In this document: one piece after another, positions 48,963 to 62,504 of the stretch
How positions within the stretch are numbered: position 1 is the first letter of the stretch
Layout of the letters: each line of letters begins with the position of its first letter
NCBI RefSeq assembly: GCF_964213995.1
Contig: NC_135815.1
Location: forward strand, 33,046,001-33,110,000
DNA: 64,000 nucleotides
Direction of reading: 5' to 3'
DNA from: Mustelus asterias
Taxonomy: Eukaryota
Made by a program: the position numbers and the translations under genes
The notes under the pieces: model-generated
What the model was told of the DNA's origin: nothing
Database searches by the model: none
The model's input: only the letters and a program-made list of their open reading frames with translations

Positions 48963-49942
48963 GGAGACTGCAAAAACCACTGGGGGTGGTGGGTGGGTAG
49001 GGGGAGAAACAATTTGGGACTCAGAAGGAAATGAAAATGAAAGAAATGTACAATACAAAACCAGATAAATAATTCCCTTTATTGTATAATATACAACGCA
49101 TGTACCCAAAGAAGGATTTTATTCTCCTGTATTTTGTATTTGTACTCCATCATACGATGTAAGCCATCTACCACCAACCATATTCTGTAATTCACCTATT
49201 TACACCTGGATTGTCAATTTATATTATGTTAAATTGATTTTGACAATTTGTGCACTATTCAATCAGCAGGAATCTCTTCCATGCTTTGTACTATATAAAG
49301 TGGTAAATATAACCAACGTGTCTGACTCTGGAAATATGGATTGTGTGACAACGGTACTTATGTAAAACACTCCTGCCATCTTTAATGTAGCTTAAATGCT
49401 ATGTGAAGTTATATAGTATATACGCTGTTACGACATAGGGTTCAATATTAAAAGCATCTTCCAAGAAAAAGGACATTTTTCATTAAGTGAAGATTTCCAT
49501 TCATATTTTACGTACTTCAAAACTTCACCTAGGAATCCAAAACAAGATCAAATAAATGTGACAAATCAACTTACAGATAGAACTAGAATGTTCTCTCTTA
49601 CAAGCAGGGCTGTGATTAAAGGCAAATAACATGGATGGGAAATCAAGGATGAAGGTTGGTTCAGATTTTAGAAAACACACATGACTTACAAACTTAGTCA
49701 ATATGGTATTCCCCAATACTTCCTAAATCAGCTTCATAAACATGAGGAAATCCCTGTCTGACCTGTAAAGTCCCCCAACATTTGTTTGCAGCGATTCAGT
49801 TGGGTAGGAGATGCAGTTAAAAATTAACAAACACTAAGTGTACAAACGGAGTTATTTTTCAAGATTTTGTACAGCAATTACTTATCATATCCAATTGAAA
49901 CTAAGCCGTGGCATGGTTTGTTCATTAAATGTGATTTTAAAA

Positions 49943-49948
49943 AATAAA
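49943..49948 (+). terminator. Candidate PRPH2 polyadenylation signal
   Basis: AATAAA ~1 kb after the stop at the end of an AU-rich repeat-free tract, followed by GT-rich sequence. Confidence 0.5.
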
Positions 49949-50339
49949 TAGCTTTGCTGTCGCTGCCGAAATGTTAGTTGTACTTAGGATAGACGCTCAG
50001 TGTAATTGAATCGCTTACAGGATACTAACTGATACATTGCTGCATAGCCTTTCAATTCAGGCAGTCTGAAATCCTTTTGAAGATGCAGTGCAATATGGAA
50101 CAGCTTCAAAAGAAGTCTCATAAACCAATATCCTTCTTGATTACTTGAAGCATTTCTCTGTGTTAGCAGTTTGAGATGCAACTGTCCACTGCAGCTTGAA
50201 GGATAAAAGTGCTTAACACCAGTTTATAGGATTAACTTCTGTAATTCTTTTCAAAGGAAAGACAACTAATTCATCCTGACATCTAAATGCACACAGGAAT
50301 GTAATAAATACGAGAGGACATTGTCCCGTATGGTGCCAT

Positions 50340-50626
50340 GGGCAGCATGGTGGCACAATGGTTAGCACTGCTGTCTCACAGCACCAGTGACCTGGGTCAG
50401 TGTCTGTGTGGAGTCTGCTCGTTCTCCCCGTGTCTGCGTGGGTTTCCTGCAGGTGCTCCAGCTTCCTCCCACAGTCCAAAAGACGTGCTGGTTAGGTGAA
50501 TTGGCTATGCTAAATTCTCCCTTATTGTACCCAAACAGGTGCCGGAGTGTGGCGACTAAGGGATTTTCACAGTAACTTCATTGCAGTGTTGGTGTAAGCC
50601 TGCTTGTGACACTAGTAAATAAACTT
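50340..50626 (+). mobile_element. V-SINE variant with alternative tail
   Basis: Same tail as 27857-28149 and 39552-39810 (..TGTGACACTAGTAAATAAAC). Confidence 0.85.
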
Positions 50627-50684
50627 AAAACATAAATGTACAATGCTCAACATAGTCTGTAGAAAGTTGACATGAATTGTGATG

Positions 50685-51040
50685 GAGGCATCACTGGTAA
50701 ATTAGCATTTATTGTTTATCCCTTATTTCCCTGGAGATGATGATGGTGGCTTGCTGGGCCATTTCAGAGAGCAGCTGAGATTCAACCACAATGCTGTGTA
50801 TCGAGAGTCTCATATAAGCCAGTAGATTCTCTTCTTTAAAATACATTAGAGTACCGGAAGTGTTTTTAGTGACAATTGGTAATTACATGGTCACCATTAC
50901 TGGTACTACCCTTTGGTTCCAGAGTTATGTAAGCAATTGAATTTAAATTTCCCAGCTTCTGTGGTGGGATTTGAACCCATGACTCCAGATCATTAGTACC
51001 TGGATTACCAGCCCAGGAACATAACCACTTGGCTACTGTT
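50685..51040 (-). mobile_element. Second tRNA-like SINE family
   Basis: Reverse-complement similarity to 59135-59460 (GGTAATCCAG.. head, AATAAATGCT.. tail). Confidence 0.55.
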
Positions 51041-51334
51041 CCTAAACTAGCAACAATTGCTTGCACCAGCAGAATATCCTGTAAAGAAATGAAATATCTC
51101 AGGACACTTCACGAGGAAACAGATGAAATAGAATCAGGACAGTGAAAAGGATACATTCAGAGAAAGCTTTCAGAGGCAAAGAGCAAAACAGTGAAGTAAA
51201 GCAAAAGCATTTAGTGAGCGAGTTCTCATTCGGCACCTGCATGGAAGCTCCAGATGAATTGTAGGCGGTTGGGAAGAGGAGGATGATAGACAGCAAGTCA
51301 GAGTCAAGTCTCTCAACCTTCCCATTGAGAATTT

Positions 51335-51585
51335 TATTTACTCATTCATGGGTTGTGGGCATCACTGCCTAGGCCAGCATTTATTGCCCTTAAGGTGGCA
51401 GTGAGTTCCCTCCTTGTATTTCTGCAACCCATGTGGTGTCGGTACAACTAGTGCTGTTAGGGAGGGAGTTCCAGGATTTTGAGCCAGCGACAGTCCAAAT
51501 CAGGTTGGTGTGTGGCTTGGAGATGGTCTTCCTATGCATCTGCTGCCCTTGTCCTGCTCTAGGGGGTAGTGGTCATGGGTGCTCA
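51335..51585 (-). mobile_element. LINE 3' end sharing its tail with the SINE at 59135-59460
   Basis: Minus strand ends AATAAATGCTGGCCTAGGCAGTGATGCCCACAACCCATGAATGA. Confidence 0.55.
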
Positions 51586-53509
51586 TCCACCACGGAGTAT
51601 TTTTCCCTGCAGAAACCCTTATCCATTCTTTTGTTGCTTTATAGCTTAACTTTCTTCACCGGTGTTCAAAGCTCATTAATACACAAATTCAAACTTGAGA
51701 GTATTATTAGAATTTTGGGCTGTGTGACAATCTCTGCTTCCCTCTCCAAATTCCATCAGTTTTTGTTTCCTAAAGCACTGAATTGAAAATCCTAGTATGG
51801 ATTTATCAATGCCTTTGTGGTCTTGCCCCACGTTACTTCTACAAAGTCTTCCAGCCTGTGCTTTAAAGACATTGGATTTCAAATTCAGTGCATCAGGAAA
51901 CCACTGGAAATCATCTCAACAGCAATGATTGTCAAGCAGACTTAGTATTGGGTTCCTCAGCAGTTTGGATGCTGCTGAGGAAAGTTGAGCCGTGAGGTAA
52001 CAGAAATATTGATAACAGATTCAGCAGGAGGAAATACTCAATCTCAGTGATGGACAGACTTATCCTCAATTGAAAGATTGGGAGAGCCCAGGACATGAAT
52101 GTATTGATTACAATTGATGCAACTCCTCAATAAATCTAGCAATAGACAGAGTGGCCATTGTGAACATTCCTCCTCACTTCTTCAGATACTTCTAACAAGG
52201 AATGCATTCTTCTGACAAGGCTCCAGTGCAAAGCTTGATTTTGTTAGTTATAAACATTTATCTTAATTTCCTGGATGTGAGTGAAAGGTTTTAGTATTGC
52301 TTTTATGCTTTGCTCAGTTTCTGTTTCATGATGTTGAATCCTCAAATGAATATTGACAACAGTGAAGTGTTGTATTTTATTAAAATGTTAATTTGGAGGC
52401 AGTGACATATTTTGAAAGGATTGACAAGCTCAGTGTTAAAACACAATCCTTCTCAGAAAATAATAAACATACACAAATTGTAATACCTCTTGAATGGAAA
52501 ATACTTCTCTAACAGTTACTGCTGCACATGACTACAAATTCATATTTTGTTAAAGACTTGCACTCAAGGTCCATAAGCAGTGGTTGGCTCTAATGAGTTA
52601 GATGAACTTAAGGCTTTCAGGAGAGACTTGTTCCTGGCCCTTCGACTCTCAAACCTTTTCTCTGAACTTAAATGGCAATTCTCATAATGTTTGTGTTCGA
52701 CAAGTGCTTTCCCATGACATAACACAAGAGGGGTCTGTATGTGCAAGGGTATGTATGCATAATTGAATAAGGGAGTATGCATGGAAGGCAAGGTGGCTGC
52801 AAATTTGTATTTGAACACTGGCACCGAGAGTGAAGATAAAGACAGACAAACTAATGTAGCAAGGGATTGTGTTGTGAAAACAATTAAGATGTTGAACACA
52901 TTTTTTTTTAATGCAGTGATTGCTAGTGCATGAACAAACTTGAGCTACATACCAACAATCAAATAAACTTTAGAATAAACAGGTATAAGAAGTTAAATGC
53001 CAAGAGGCCCTACTATGGATATTAATCACGCATCTGGCTTCACTAGCACAGTTGATGACATTTTATGGACTTTCCCAGTTTGGCTCAGAGTGAAGATCAA
53101 CTCCCACAGGTGAGTTCTGACTGCGAACTGAGGGAAAGTTTTCATTCTAAAATGGAGGCAGAACTGTAAGAAAACAATACGAGAAATTCAGAAAATGTAT
53201 CGAGGAAAAGAGAACAGATCAGTTGATTCTTGATTTTCCAAATGTAATTCATTTTAAAACTGGGAGAATGGAAAATAATCCATATAATTTGCAAGCTGTA
53301 AATACTCAGTATTGAAAATTCCTTGTCCTTCTCACTGGCTAGAATAATCTGCACTATCAATTTTTCTAACTAGCCCTTTGTCAACATAAAATAGGTGATT
53401 TTGGGGTGTTTTGTGTTTTTCTTAAAAAGTAGAGCTGTTTTTAACATTTATTCTGGCCCAATTTCATAAAATATTGTGAGCAGTGAATATCTTTAAACAC
53501 CAGAAAGCG

Positions 53510-53707
53510 GGCACAGTAAGAAGTCCAACAGGTTTATTTGGTAGCATGAGCTTTTGGAACACTGCTCCTTCATCAGGTGAGTCTCACCTGATGAAGGAGC
53601 AGCGCTCTGAAAGCTTGTGCTACCAAATAAACCTGTTGGACTTTAACCTGGTGTTGTAAGACTTCTTACTGTGGACACCCCAGTCCAACGCTGGCATCTC
53701 CACACCA
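53510..53707. mobile_element. ~200-bp non-coding Penelope pseudo-LTR palindrome carrying a hammerhead core on each strand
   Basis: AAGTCCAACAGGTTTATTTGGTAGCA..TGCTCCTTCATCAGGTGAG-T-CTCACCTGATGAAGGAGCA..TGCTACCAAATAAACCTGTTGGACTT, centred on 53582. Confidence 0.85.
53585..53619 (+). ncRNA. Minimal type-I hammerhead ribozyme motif
   Basis: CAC-CTGATGA-A-GGAGC-AGC-GCTCT-GAAA-GC-TT-GTG: stem I CAC/GTG, intact core, palindromic AGCT. Confidence 0.7.
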
Positions 53708-55384
53708 GAGAGAGGGGAGGTGGTGGTGTTTGGAGCGGAGGGGGGCAGGGGGAGAGGGGGGCAGGGGGAGGGGGGGGGCGGGCACAACACCCAGGAACGT
53801 TACAAAACCAATCAGTGATCTGTTTGTATGTTTTTACTTCCATCTGGGATCCTGGTAATATCTTGTCAATGATTTATGTAGCCAGGCTTATTCACGGCAA
53901 TATAAAAGCAACAAACTCCAACAGGTTTCCTTTCAGGGAAGGGCGATTAACTCATACTGCAATGCTTTCAGTGGGAGAATAAAATATCAGTGTCATCTAC
54001 CTTTGCAACTTCTGGCCAACAAATTGAGTAAAGGCACAATCGTAACAGTTACTGAAATTACACTTTTTCATGTATACCAAAGCCCGAGATGGAATTGTGC
54101 AGTTTTTGCGAGATTACAATGGGATCTCTCCACAGTTGGTCCTTTCTTCAACGACCAATACTTTCAATCAGTAACTGGTTAATAGATTACTGATATACAT
54201 TCAGTATCCTTCATGTACTTGCTTAACTCAGCAAAAAAAAGTAGCTTTTCTTCCCACTTCTCTGTATCTCTGTTGTGAAAACTGGCCAGAGACTGATGTA
54301 TAGAAGTACTGTGCTAACAAAAAGGGCTGTGGTTATTTCATCTCACAAGGAGAACACCTATGAAAACAAAAGGGTTGAATGGGGAAGTTTTGCAAGTTCT
54401 CAAGCTCTTCCCTCCTTTACGTTGCTTTTTTAATAAAAATGTTACTTCAATTTTCCCTCTTTTTAAGAGAACTCATACCAAGGAACTCCATAGGAGGAAT
54501 AGCCCTGCTATACTCAGTTTGAATGGCTTTTCTTGAGTGAGAGAGAACCTGATTCTGAGTAGGTGATTTCTATCATTGACACTATCACAGCTAAACTTTA
54601 CCCTATCCTCATCAGCATCCACATATACTTTCAGTAGAGGTTCCCAGAGAAAGACCATATGAGAACAGCATGATTAGTTTTTGATTTGTAGCTCGAGAAG
54701 GATAGCCGCAGAATTCTTGTACTGTTGCAGTCGAGAAGCTAAACTCAGGGCAGCCCAGAAATCAAAACGAAAGTTATTTTAACATGAAAGACTCGACCCA
54801 TACCATATATTTTACACATTGGAATGACTGTTTATGATTACATTTGACCAGATAAATCAAACTACATTTGTACTAAATACCAAAATGGATACATTTGTAG
54901 TGCCTCTTGTTGTCGAGTGTGCAAGTCTATGTATCCAATTGAGAAAACTATTTGGAAAGGACAAAGTTAATACCTCCAAATGCTCAGAACATGGATTCTA
55001 TAATGCAATCAATAAATACTAGCGAAAGTTAATCCACAGGATGGAGTAAGTGATGATTTTTTAACAAGTGATACAATCTCTCTAGTTACAAGATGCTCTT
55101 ATCGAAAAAAAACACTGATGCATATTACAAACTAATTTGAAGCAATCTCCAAGTTACTAAAAATATGCAGCTAAGTTATTTTATTAATGCCACAGAATTT
55201 TCGTTTACTTTCTGTACCTTACTTGTAATGTCTTCAAATGTTACTTCAAGGTGGAGTAAATAGGATTAAAGGCTAATAAGATAATCATCTTAATTTCAAG
55301 ATATCATTAAAAACTGCAGCTGCAAGCTATCCAGGAATTACAGAAATACAGTAAGCTTACAATTGACAGATCTGGGCCACTGAA

Positions 55385-55790
55385 GGACAAGGGACTTCAG
55401 TTATGTGGAGCAACTAGAGGTAATGAGGTTGTTCTCCTCAGAGCAGGGAAGGTTAAAGGAAGATCTAATTGGAGGCACTCAAGATTGAGGGATTTTCCGA
55501 TGAGTAAATAAGGGGAAACTGTTTCTACTGGTAGGATGGCAACCAGAAAATACTGATTTAGAAGTAGCAATGAGGAGAATGTTTTTTAATGCAATGAGTT
55601 AATGATCTGGAATGCACTTATAAAAGAGAAAGCAGATTCAACAGCAACTTTCAAAACGTAATTGGAAATGTACTTTAAAAGGAAAAAGTTACAGCGCAAT
55701 GGGTAAAAAATACAGGGGCTATACTAATTGAATATCACATTCAAAGACCTGACATAGGCTGGTTGCACAAATAGTCTCTTTCTGTCCTGT
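55385..55790 (+). mobile_element. Degraded CR1 3' fragment
   Basis: TTCAGTTATGTGGAG..GTTCTCCTCAGAGCAGGGAAGGTTAAAGGAAGATCTAAT..TCTGGAATGCACT. Confidence 0.65.
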
Positions 55791-57567
55791 GAATAAAGCT
55801 TAGAATAAGATTTTTTTTGCACAGGTCGCAGATGAGAAATGTCTCCGCACCATAACAGTCCTTCAAAAGGAAGTTCTCGCTTTCTCTAAAATCAATCAGA
55901 AAATGGTTTCTGATTAAATAGCTACTAAAGGATGAGGGTCTTCAGTTATGTGGAGCAACAAAAAAGTGCTACAGTAAGTTTGGGGAGCTGCTTTTAAGGA
56001 TAAGTGTAAAGTTCTCTCAATGACCTTGGAGATAAATGCACACCCTATTCAAAAAACTAAATTTGGTGCCTTTGCACATGTGTGTGTTCCCTTTGGCTTC
56101 AGTGACCCTAGAAAGGAGCCAGTGTTGCAGCTCTTCACAGTTATCCAGCATGACTATCAGCTGAGGGCACGATCAGTCTCAGGTTTTATGCCTCCCAAAA
56201 CCAACACTGCCCAAATCAATGGAAATGTGCCTCTATACTGGTCACCACCTCAGATAAAAGCAAGGGAATATGAATTGGATGTAGGGGTGTGGGAATTTTG
56301 AAAAATAGCTACAGGTTTTGTTTCAATGAACTGTAGATTATACATTTTTGTTGATACAGTAATACGTGAAACTATTAGAAGTTGAATGAACTCCCCATTC
56401 TTAAGAAAAATACTGAATGGTACCACAATTTAGAGATCACAATCAGAAAATATATTTGAAGCAATAGCTCCTCAAGAGCATACATAGAAAATGTTTTCAA
56501 TGATTTGCTATTTTGCAGGCATTTTCAGGCTTTCCTTCATTTGAATGAATCCAACAGTTTAGCTTAAGGAACAATAGATTTTGCAAGAAAATGACTTGGG
56601 GGATTCAGCTTACGGTTAATGGGTCAATCATTCAAAATGTGCCAAATAATTTCCTGAAAGTAATTTTTAGCTTTGACTGCATCCATTTCCCTCAACGTTG
56701 AGCTTCAGAAACATCCAATCATGTTTCTAGTGTTTCCTTGCCATTAAACAAACGTGCTTAAATTCCTTTCCCCCTCATGGAATCATAAAATCTATTAATT
56801 ATAATTCACTCCCTCACCTCCATTTGATGTCCTTAACTGCAGTAAAACTTCTACTTCCCTCCACTCTGATTGTGCACTATATTGTTGCTCCCTCAAGTCC
56901 AACACATGCACGCTAGAGTATATGCAATGCACAACTGATTTAGCCATCCATCATCAGATCTAGCAGATCACATCAGGTCTCACTATGTCAAAACTGTCCA
57001 TTTCTCCAGCACCTTGGAATGCAAAAATAACTCAACTTCTCCACTGCAAATATTTCCTCTCCTCAGCTTATTCTACTCTCCTTTCCAACAAATGTGAAGA
57101 GCTTATGGATTCCTGAATCACCAAGATTAAAACAATCAATTCAATAGCTGCTGCAGCTTCTCCTCCCTCCCCCACCCCCCGCCCCAGCCCCAAAGCAAAA
57201 GCTCCCCAGATGTTATCCTCTTGCTTCACTATTTCTCTGTCTCAGTCTGTCTAAACTCATCGCGTTCCTGAGACTCCGGTACCTGCTACATTGGTACCAT
57301 TCCCACTTCCTTTTTTGACCTCTGCTAGCTGACATTGTAAATGACTCCTAATCCTTGGGTACTATTCTCACCCCTTAAAGTAGCATCAATACCTACCCCC
57401 TCAAAAACTATACCTTTGATCCTTTTCCTCTCCAAAATACTTTAACACAATTGTTTCTCAAATCTGTAGCCATCCTTTCCACAAGCTGTCCGGTTGGGTT
57501 TGTCTCCATCCCACAGCACTGGAATAATTCTAACTGAAGTAGTTTAGTAATACAGAACCAGAACTTG

Positions 57568-58619
57568 AGTATTGCTGAAAAAAGAAACATGTCAAAGGTT
57601 TTGGTCTTGCACTCATCAGGAAGCTTCACAAGAACCCCAGTATAAGGGGAAAACAGCAATTTATACTGTATAAGAGAATGTTAATTGTTTGGCAGATGGG
57701 TTGATTGGGAGAGGCATTGCCATGGAGAATGCACCAGTTGATGGTGACTGATAGACAACTGCCAAGCATTGTTTGAAATTTAAATATGGCAACTTGACCC
57801 TGATTGGTCAAGGTGCTGACCTGGAGAATAAATCAGCAAATGGCCGTCACTTATTTTGTTTAGCTGCAACAAGGGTAACGTGTACACATATTTGTTCTGC
57901 CTGCAGAGAACAGGGCACTATATATGTAGCTTCCAGTACACGCAAATGTACCACACTGAGCCTGACTGACAACGCGAAATTGGTTGTCAGCACAATTCTT
58001 AACACAATTCAACAAAATATTTCCAACCATAGAATCACATTTAATGTTGGACACTGTTTTGCAAGCATGGGCTGGTTGGGTGCAATCTGTACCTTGCCTG
58101 TTGTGGCAGCAGCTGGGACATGCTGATCGATTGGGACATACAGTCTACATACCTAGCGTCACACTGGCACTCGAATTAATATACCACAATACTCATCTGT
58201 GTGAGGGGTAATATGTCTTTTTGGCTTGACGGCAGCATCCTGTTAGTGGTGAATACCAATCGTGTTGCTACTGCACAGTAGCAGCGCAAAACAGCTAGTT
58301 ACACCTGGTTGTTAAATTGAGAAACTTTGCCCTTCCAGGATAATCCGAGGTAGACTGGGCACTTTCCAGGCCAAAAGTGATGGCTTTAGGCCCGTTCATG
58401 ATTGTGAGATATACAGCACTAAATGATTTGTTCAGGGTAGCCATTCCCTGCAGAATGTTTTGGCAATGCCTCTATCTATCAGACTCCACATGCCAATCAC
58501 TCAGCATTCTTTTCTCATACAGTATAAATTGTTGTTTTCCCTTGTACTGGTATTCTTACAATGTGTCCTAATGAGATTAAGACCAAAAGCTTTGACATGT
58601 TTCTTATTTCAGCAATACT
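57568..58619 (-). mobile_element. Penelope-like element (Poseidon type) GIY-YIG remnant between inverted pseudo-LTRs, inserted in an old L2-like LINE
   Basis: Terminal IRs AGTATTGCTGAAA..AGAAACATGTCAAA..TTGGTCTT..CTCAT and its reverse complement; minus frame FTTNRMLPSSQKDILPLTQMSIVVY*FECQCDARYV..KCDSMVG..DNQFRVVSQA. Confidence 0.8.
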
Positions 58620-59134
58620 AGTCGAACTAAAGCTACAAACAGAATTTGCACGTCTTGGCTTCCCTCCATGCTTTGACAACATCCTCCTTCAATGCTTCTG
58701 TTGTGTACCTCAATGGGGCTATCTTTCATTGGTTTCACAATTACATCATGTTTAGTTGTAGCAGTTAATTTCCAGTAATGGCTTCGCTTTCTATCTCTCA
58801 AGCCTCCATGGATCTATCTTTGGCATTTCTCACCTACATGCCATCCCTCATTAACATCCAAAAAGATGGGGTTAACTTTCACATGTATACACACACACAA
58901 AGCTTTAACTCTCCACCACCTTTGTCAACTCAACTGTCTCAGTGTTGTCACTCGGCTTGTTCAGACTTGGACAAGCTACAATTTCCTCCAGTAATATATT
59001 GGGAAGACCAAAGATTTTGTCCTCAGCCATAGTCAAATATTGAACCAGATATTCAGAATCTTAGCATACTATTCAACCTAGAGTTGAGGTTCCAACCCCA
59101 TATGCTCATCATAATGACCTTTTTTATCCAGGAA

Positions 59135-59460
59135 AGGCAGTGGCATAGCGGTATTGTCGTTGGACTGGTAATCCAGAGACCCAGGGTAATGCTTTGGTCC
59201 CCACAGCAGATGGTGAAATTTGAATTCAATAAAAATCTGGAATTAAAAGTCTAATGATGACCATGAAACCATTGTCAAATGTTGTAAAATCCGATCTGAT
59301 TCACTGATATTTTTTAGGGAAGTAAATCTGCCATCCTTACCTGGTCTGGCCTACATGCGACTCCAGACCAACAGTAATGTGGTTGACTCTTAAAGTCCCG
59401 TCAGGAATGGATAATAAATGCTGGCCCAGCCAGCAATGCCCACTTCCAATGAACAAATAA
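59135..59460 (+). mobile_element. Second tRNA-like SINE family
   Basis: GGCAGTGGCATAGCGGTATTGTC..GGACTGGTAATCCAGAGACC head; ATCCTTACCTGGTCTGGCCTACATG; tail AATAAATGCTGGCCCAGCCAGCAATGCCCAC. Confidence 0.65.
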
Positions 59461-60759
59461 AAAACATCACTTGGTGTCATCCATGCTTTTGCCACCTCCA
59501 GAGAAATCCAGTGGTGCTTGGCATTGTGGCCATCTGGCAGCATCACTGCGGCCTGGATAATTTTGTCAGAAAATGCATTAATAACAGGAAAGAAATACAT
59601 TTGACTATGGGAAGAAACACAACTTCTCTGACTGAAAATTGACATTATTTCCAAGACTTTCCTTGCACAGTGACAAACTCCAAACGCTCCAAAATTCAAA
59701 CAATCACTCTTGTTACCGAAGGCACTGAAGTTCGCCATGCATTCTGTTTTGGATGACATGCTTCTGTTAAAATATGTCGGCCTTGCAGAAGATGCAGTCC
59801 AGATTCATCAGCATACCAGCATTAAAGGATTAAAATATCACATCATGTGTAAATTAGGCTTGCATTCCCTCGAGGTTGGAAAGTCTGGGGTAAGCTCATC
59901 AAGGATTTAAAATTATCAAAGGATTCAATGTGGTAGATAGAGAAATTATTTCTTTTGGCAAGGAATTCTGGAACAAGGAAAGAATCTTAAAATTAGAGCG
60001 AGGCCGTTTAAGAATAAAATCCCAAAGTTCTGTTGCACATAAAGTCAAGTGGGAATTTGGGTCAGAATTGTCAGGTAAAGATATCAAATGACATGGAACA
60101 AAGGCAGATAAATGGAGCCATGATACAGATCAGCCATAAAGTAATGAAATATCTGGACAGAGTTTGAGTTAAATTAACTGCTTCCGCTCCAAAAACTGCG
60201 AGTACAAAGTCATGAGCACACAACGACAGGGGATCCAATTTTTACCACGCCATTTGCAAACTGTGGACAAGTGCTGTGTTGATCAGATGTCATGTAATTA
60301 GATGTCACGTGACGAACTCTCCAAGAGTAGGTCAAACAAGAGCTGGCAAACCTGCCATGTAATGGAAAGGAAATCAGGATAACCTACCAACAGGTTTTCT
60401 AAATGTCCCTGTGGCAAACAAACCAGTCTCTCCTCAGCTACTCCCCTGAAAAAAATGCTAAGCTATGACCTGCATGTTTAAGCCCTCAGAAATGGGCAAT
60501 AAATGCTATCTTACCACAAAAGCAATATCTGGTTTGAATTGCTATGGCCAACCAATTAGACATGGGACTTCACAATCAGGATTAATTCTTGCACAATTTC
60601 CACTTGTTTGTTTTTCACTGACCAGCCTAAATAATGCAGCGAAATTTAATTTCAGCAGAATAATCTAAAAGAAAGCCTATATAGATTAAAAATATCTCCA
60701 GAAAGATCAAAAATCTTATGTGACAAATACTCATTTGGCATGACATACATTATGAAGGA

Positions 60760-61940
60760 TGAACAAAAAACGTTCAACACCAAAAGCATTTATTTTTAAT
60801 CTTGAGCGGTTTTTTTACATATAGTACATAGTACCAATTATACATGAATTCAACATATATTAACAGCCCATTTATTACAAGTATTCTCCCAAATACCGAA
60901 AGTATTCCTGTTTTATAAACATTTCTACAATGAACGCAAATACATGCTAAATGGTTTCATGAGAGGAGATTGCACGATACAAGAGAATGTGGTTAATTTA
61001 AGGTATCAACAGGACAAGTAAAAGGAAAAGAAGTGGGTGTGCTCTCCATTTCAGCAATATGTACATTAGTTCAAAACTAAAGATTATGAGTTTATTCGGC
61101 CTTGTCAGGCTTTTCATTTATATCCATAAACTGGGTCAGCCAACAGTGGGAAAACAGAACAGCCTCACTTTCACAACAAACTGTAGTTAACTGAAAAGAA
61201 AATGATCTGGAAGACCCAGCGTAATCTAATGTTATATTCAAGTTGCAGCACCTGTGAATTTTCATGTTTATTCAAGCATTAAAAAAATTCTTCGACACTT
61301 ATGTAAAATAGAAAATAAATCCCCCAAAACGGACCTTCCATTTTAAATGGGTGCAGTACTGTACATGGGGTTGTATCTACTACTTGTACCAATACACAAA
61401 TCTAGTTTATTTACTTCATATACCAGTAACATGAGCTCTGTTCAACATCAAATTCTTTTGTAGCCTGCTAATCTTTACATGGAAATAATATTAAATTGTG
61501 TTTGCTAATCTCAACAAAACATGGTCAAAGCAACACTGGGGTACAAGCAGAGTGAAAAATCTTTTCCAACAAGAGAATATATTGTAAGTATTATTAATTG
61601 TAACACAATAAGGTTCAGGTGTTGATGGAACAGTAATGTTGCTAGAGAATGAAATGGCATAAATATTCTCAAGCTTAACCTAACTTAGTTGAAAAAAAAC
61701 GAATGGTGTGTTAGATTTATATGGTACATCTCCAACATGAGTTTAACATGTTAACAGACAGTTTCATTCCAAGCATTGTAAAATATTCCAATTTAGTCAA
61801 TTAATGCATAAAATATTTGACTGATAAGCAATGCGCGTTTCAAGTTATTACCCATATTGGAGGACAAACAAAAATGGCTACGCTCTAAAATCACCGTAGA
61901 AGCCAAAATGTTGCAGTGCTACTTGCAATAAAGCAAATTA
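60760..61940 (-). other. Candidate 3'UTR end of a minus-strand gene (possibly UBR2 by synteny)
   Basis: AATAAA on minus (TTTATT 60789-60794) followed on minus by GT/T-rich TGTTGAACGTTTTTTGTT; repeat-free AU-rich tract with many TGTA motifs; no coding exon seen. Confidence 0.4.
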
Positions 61941-62504
61941 CTGGAGGATCAGGAGTTGACTCTCATTCTCACCAACAGAGACCATTAAAAAAGTGAACTA
62001 GAGATGTCCTCATGCTCATTTCCAACCATGAGGACTTGAGGCTCAAGACAATGCAGCAAAAGAGTGGTTTTGAGTTATAGGTAAAGACTTTGCTTTTCAA
62101 GACCAGAAGAAGTTAACTGAGAGGGAATATTGAATAATTGGTATTGAAAAGATAACTCTAGAATACTACTTCAAAATAAAGCATGACAATTGGACTTCGG
62201 GCATATGCTCAGACTGATAAGAAGCAAATTTGTTGTCAGGAAGTCCGTAAGGAGCAAATACCAAAATTGAATGGATTACTGGTTAGAGGATGCAAAAATA
62301 TTGAATTCATTTGAGAAACATTTGGACGCTGTGATGTAAGAACAGTAGGATCTTTCTGGAGGCTGAATGGCTTTCTTCATCTGTATCTATCATCTGAGAT
62401 GAACATAATCAGGATGAAAGGGAACTGGAACTAGTATTGTAACTTGAAATTAAGTGACAATAGAAATAAATAAACATTCCCTCATCAGACATGTTGGAAA
62501 GTTA

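Noticed and set aside
51953-51982. Perfect 11-bp hairpin TTCCTCAGCAG/CTGCTGAGGAA containing TGCTGA half-sites
   Set aside because: A single short inverted repeat is plausible by chance in 64 kb; no supporting context.
54670-54770. CpG-containing patch with TCGAGAAG twice and TTTTGATTT/AAATCAAAA ends, a possible snoRNA or heat-shock element
   Set aside because: No proper C/D or H/ACA boxes and no correct nGAAn array.
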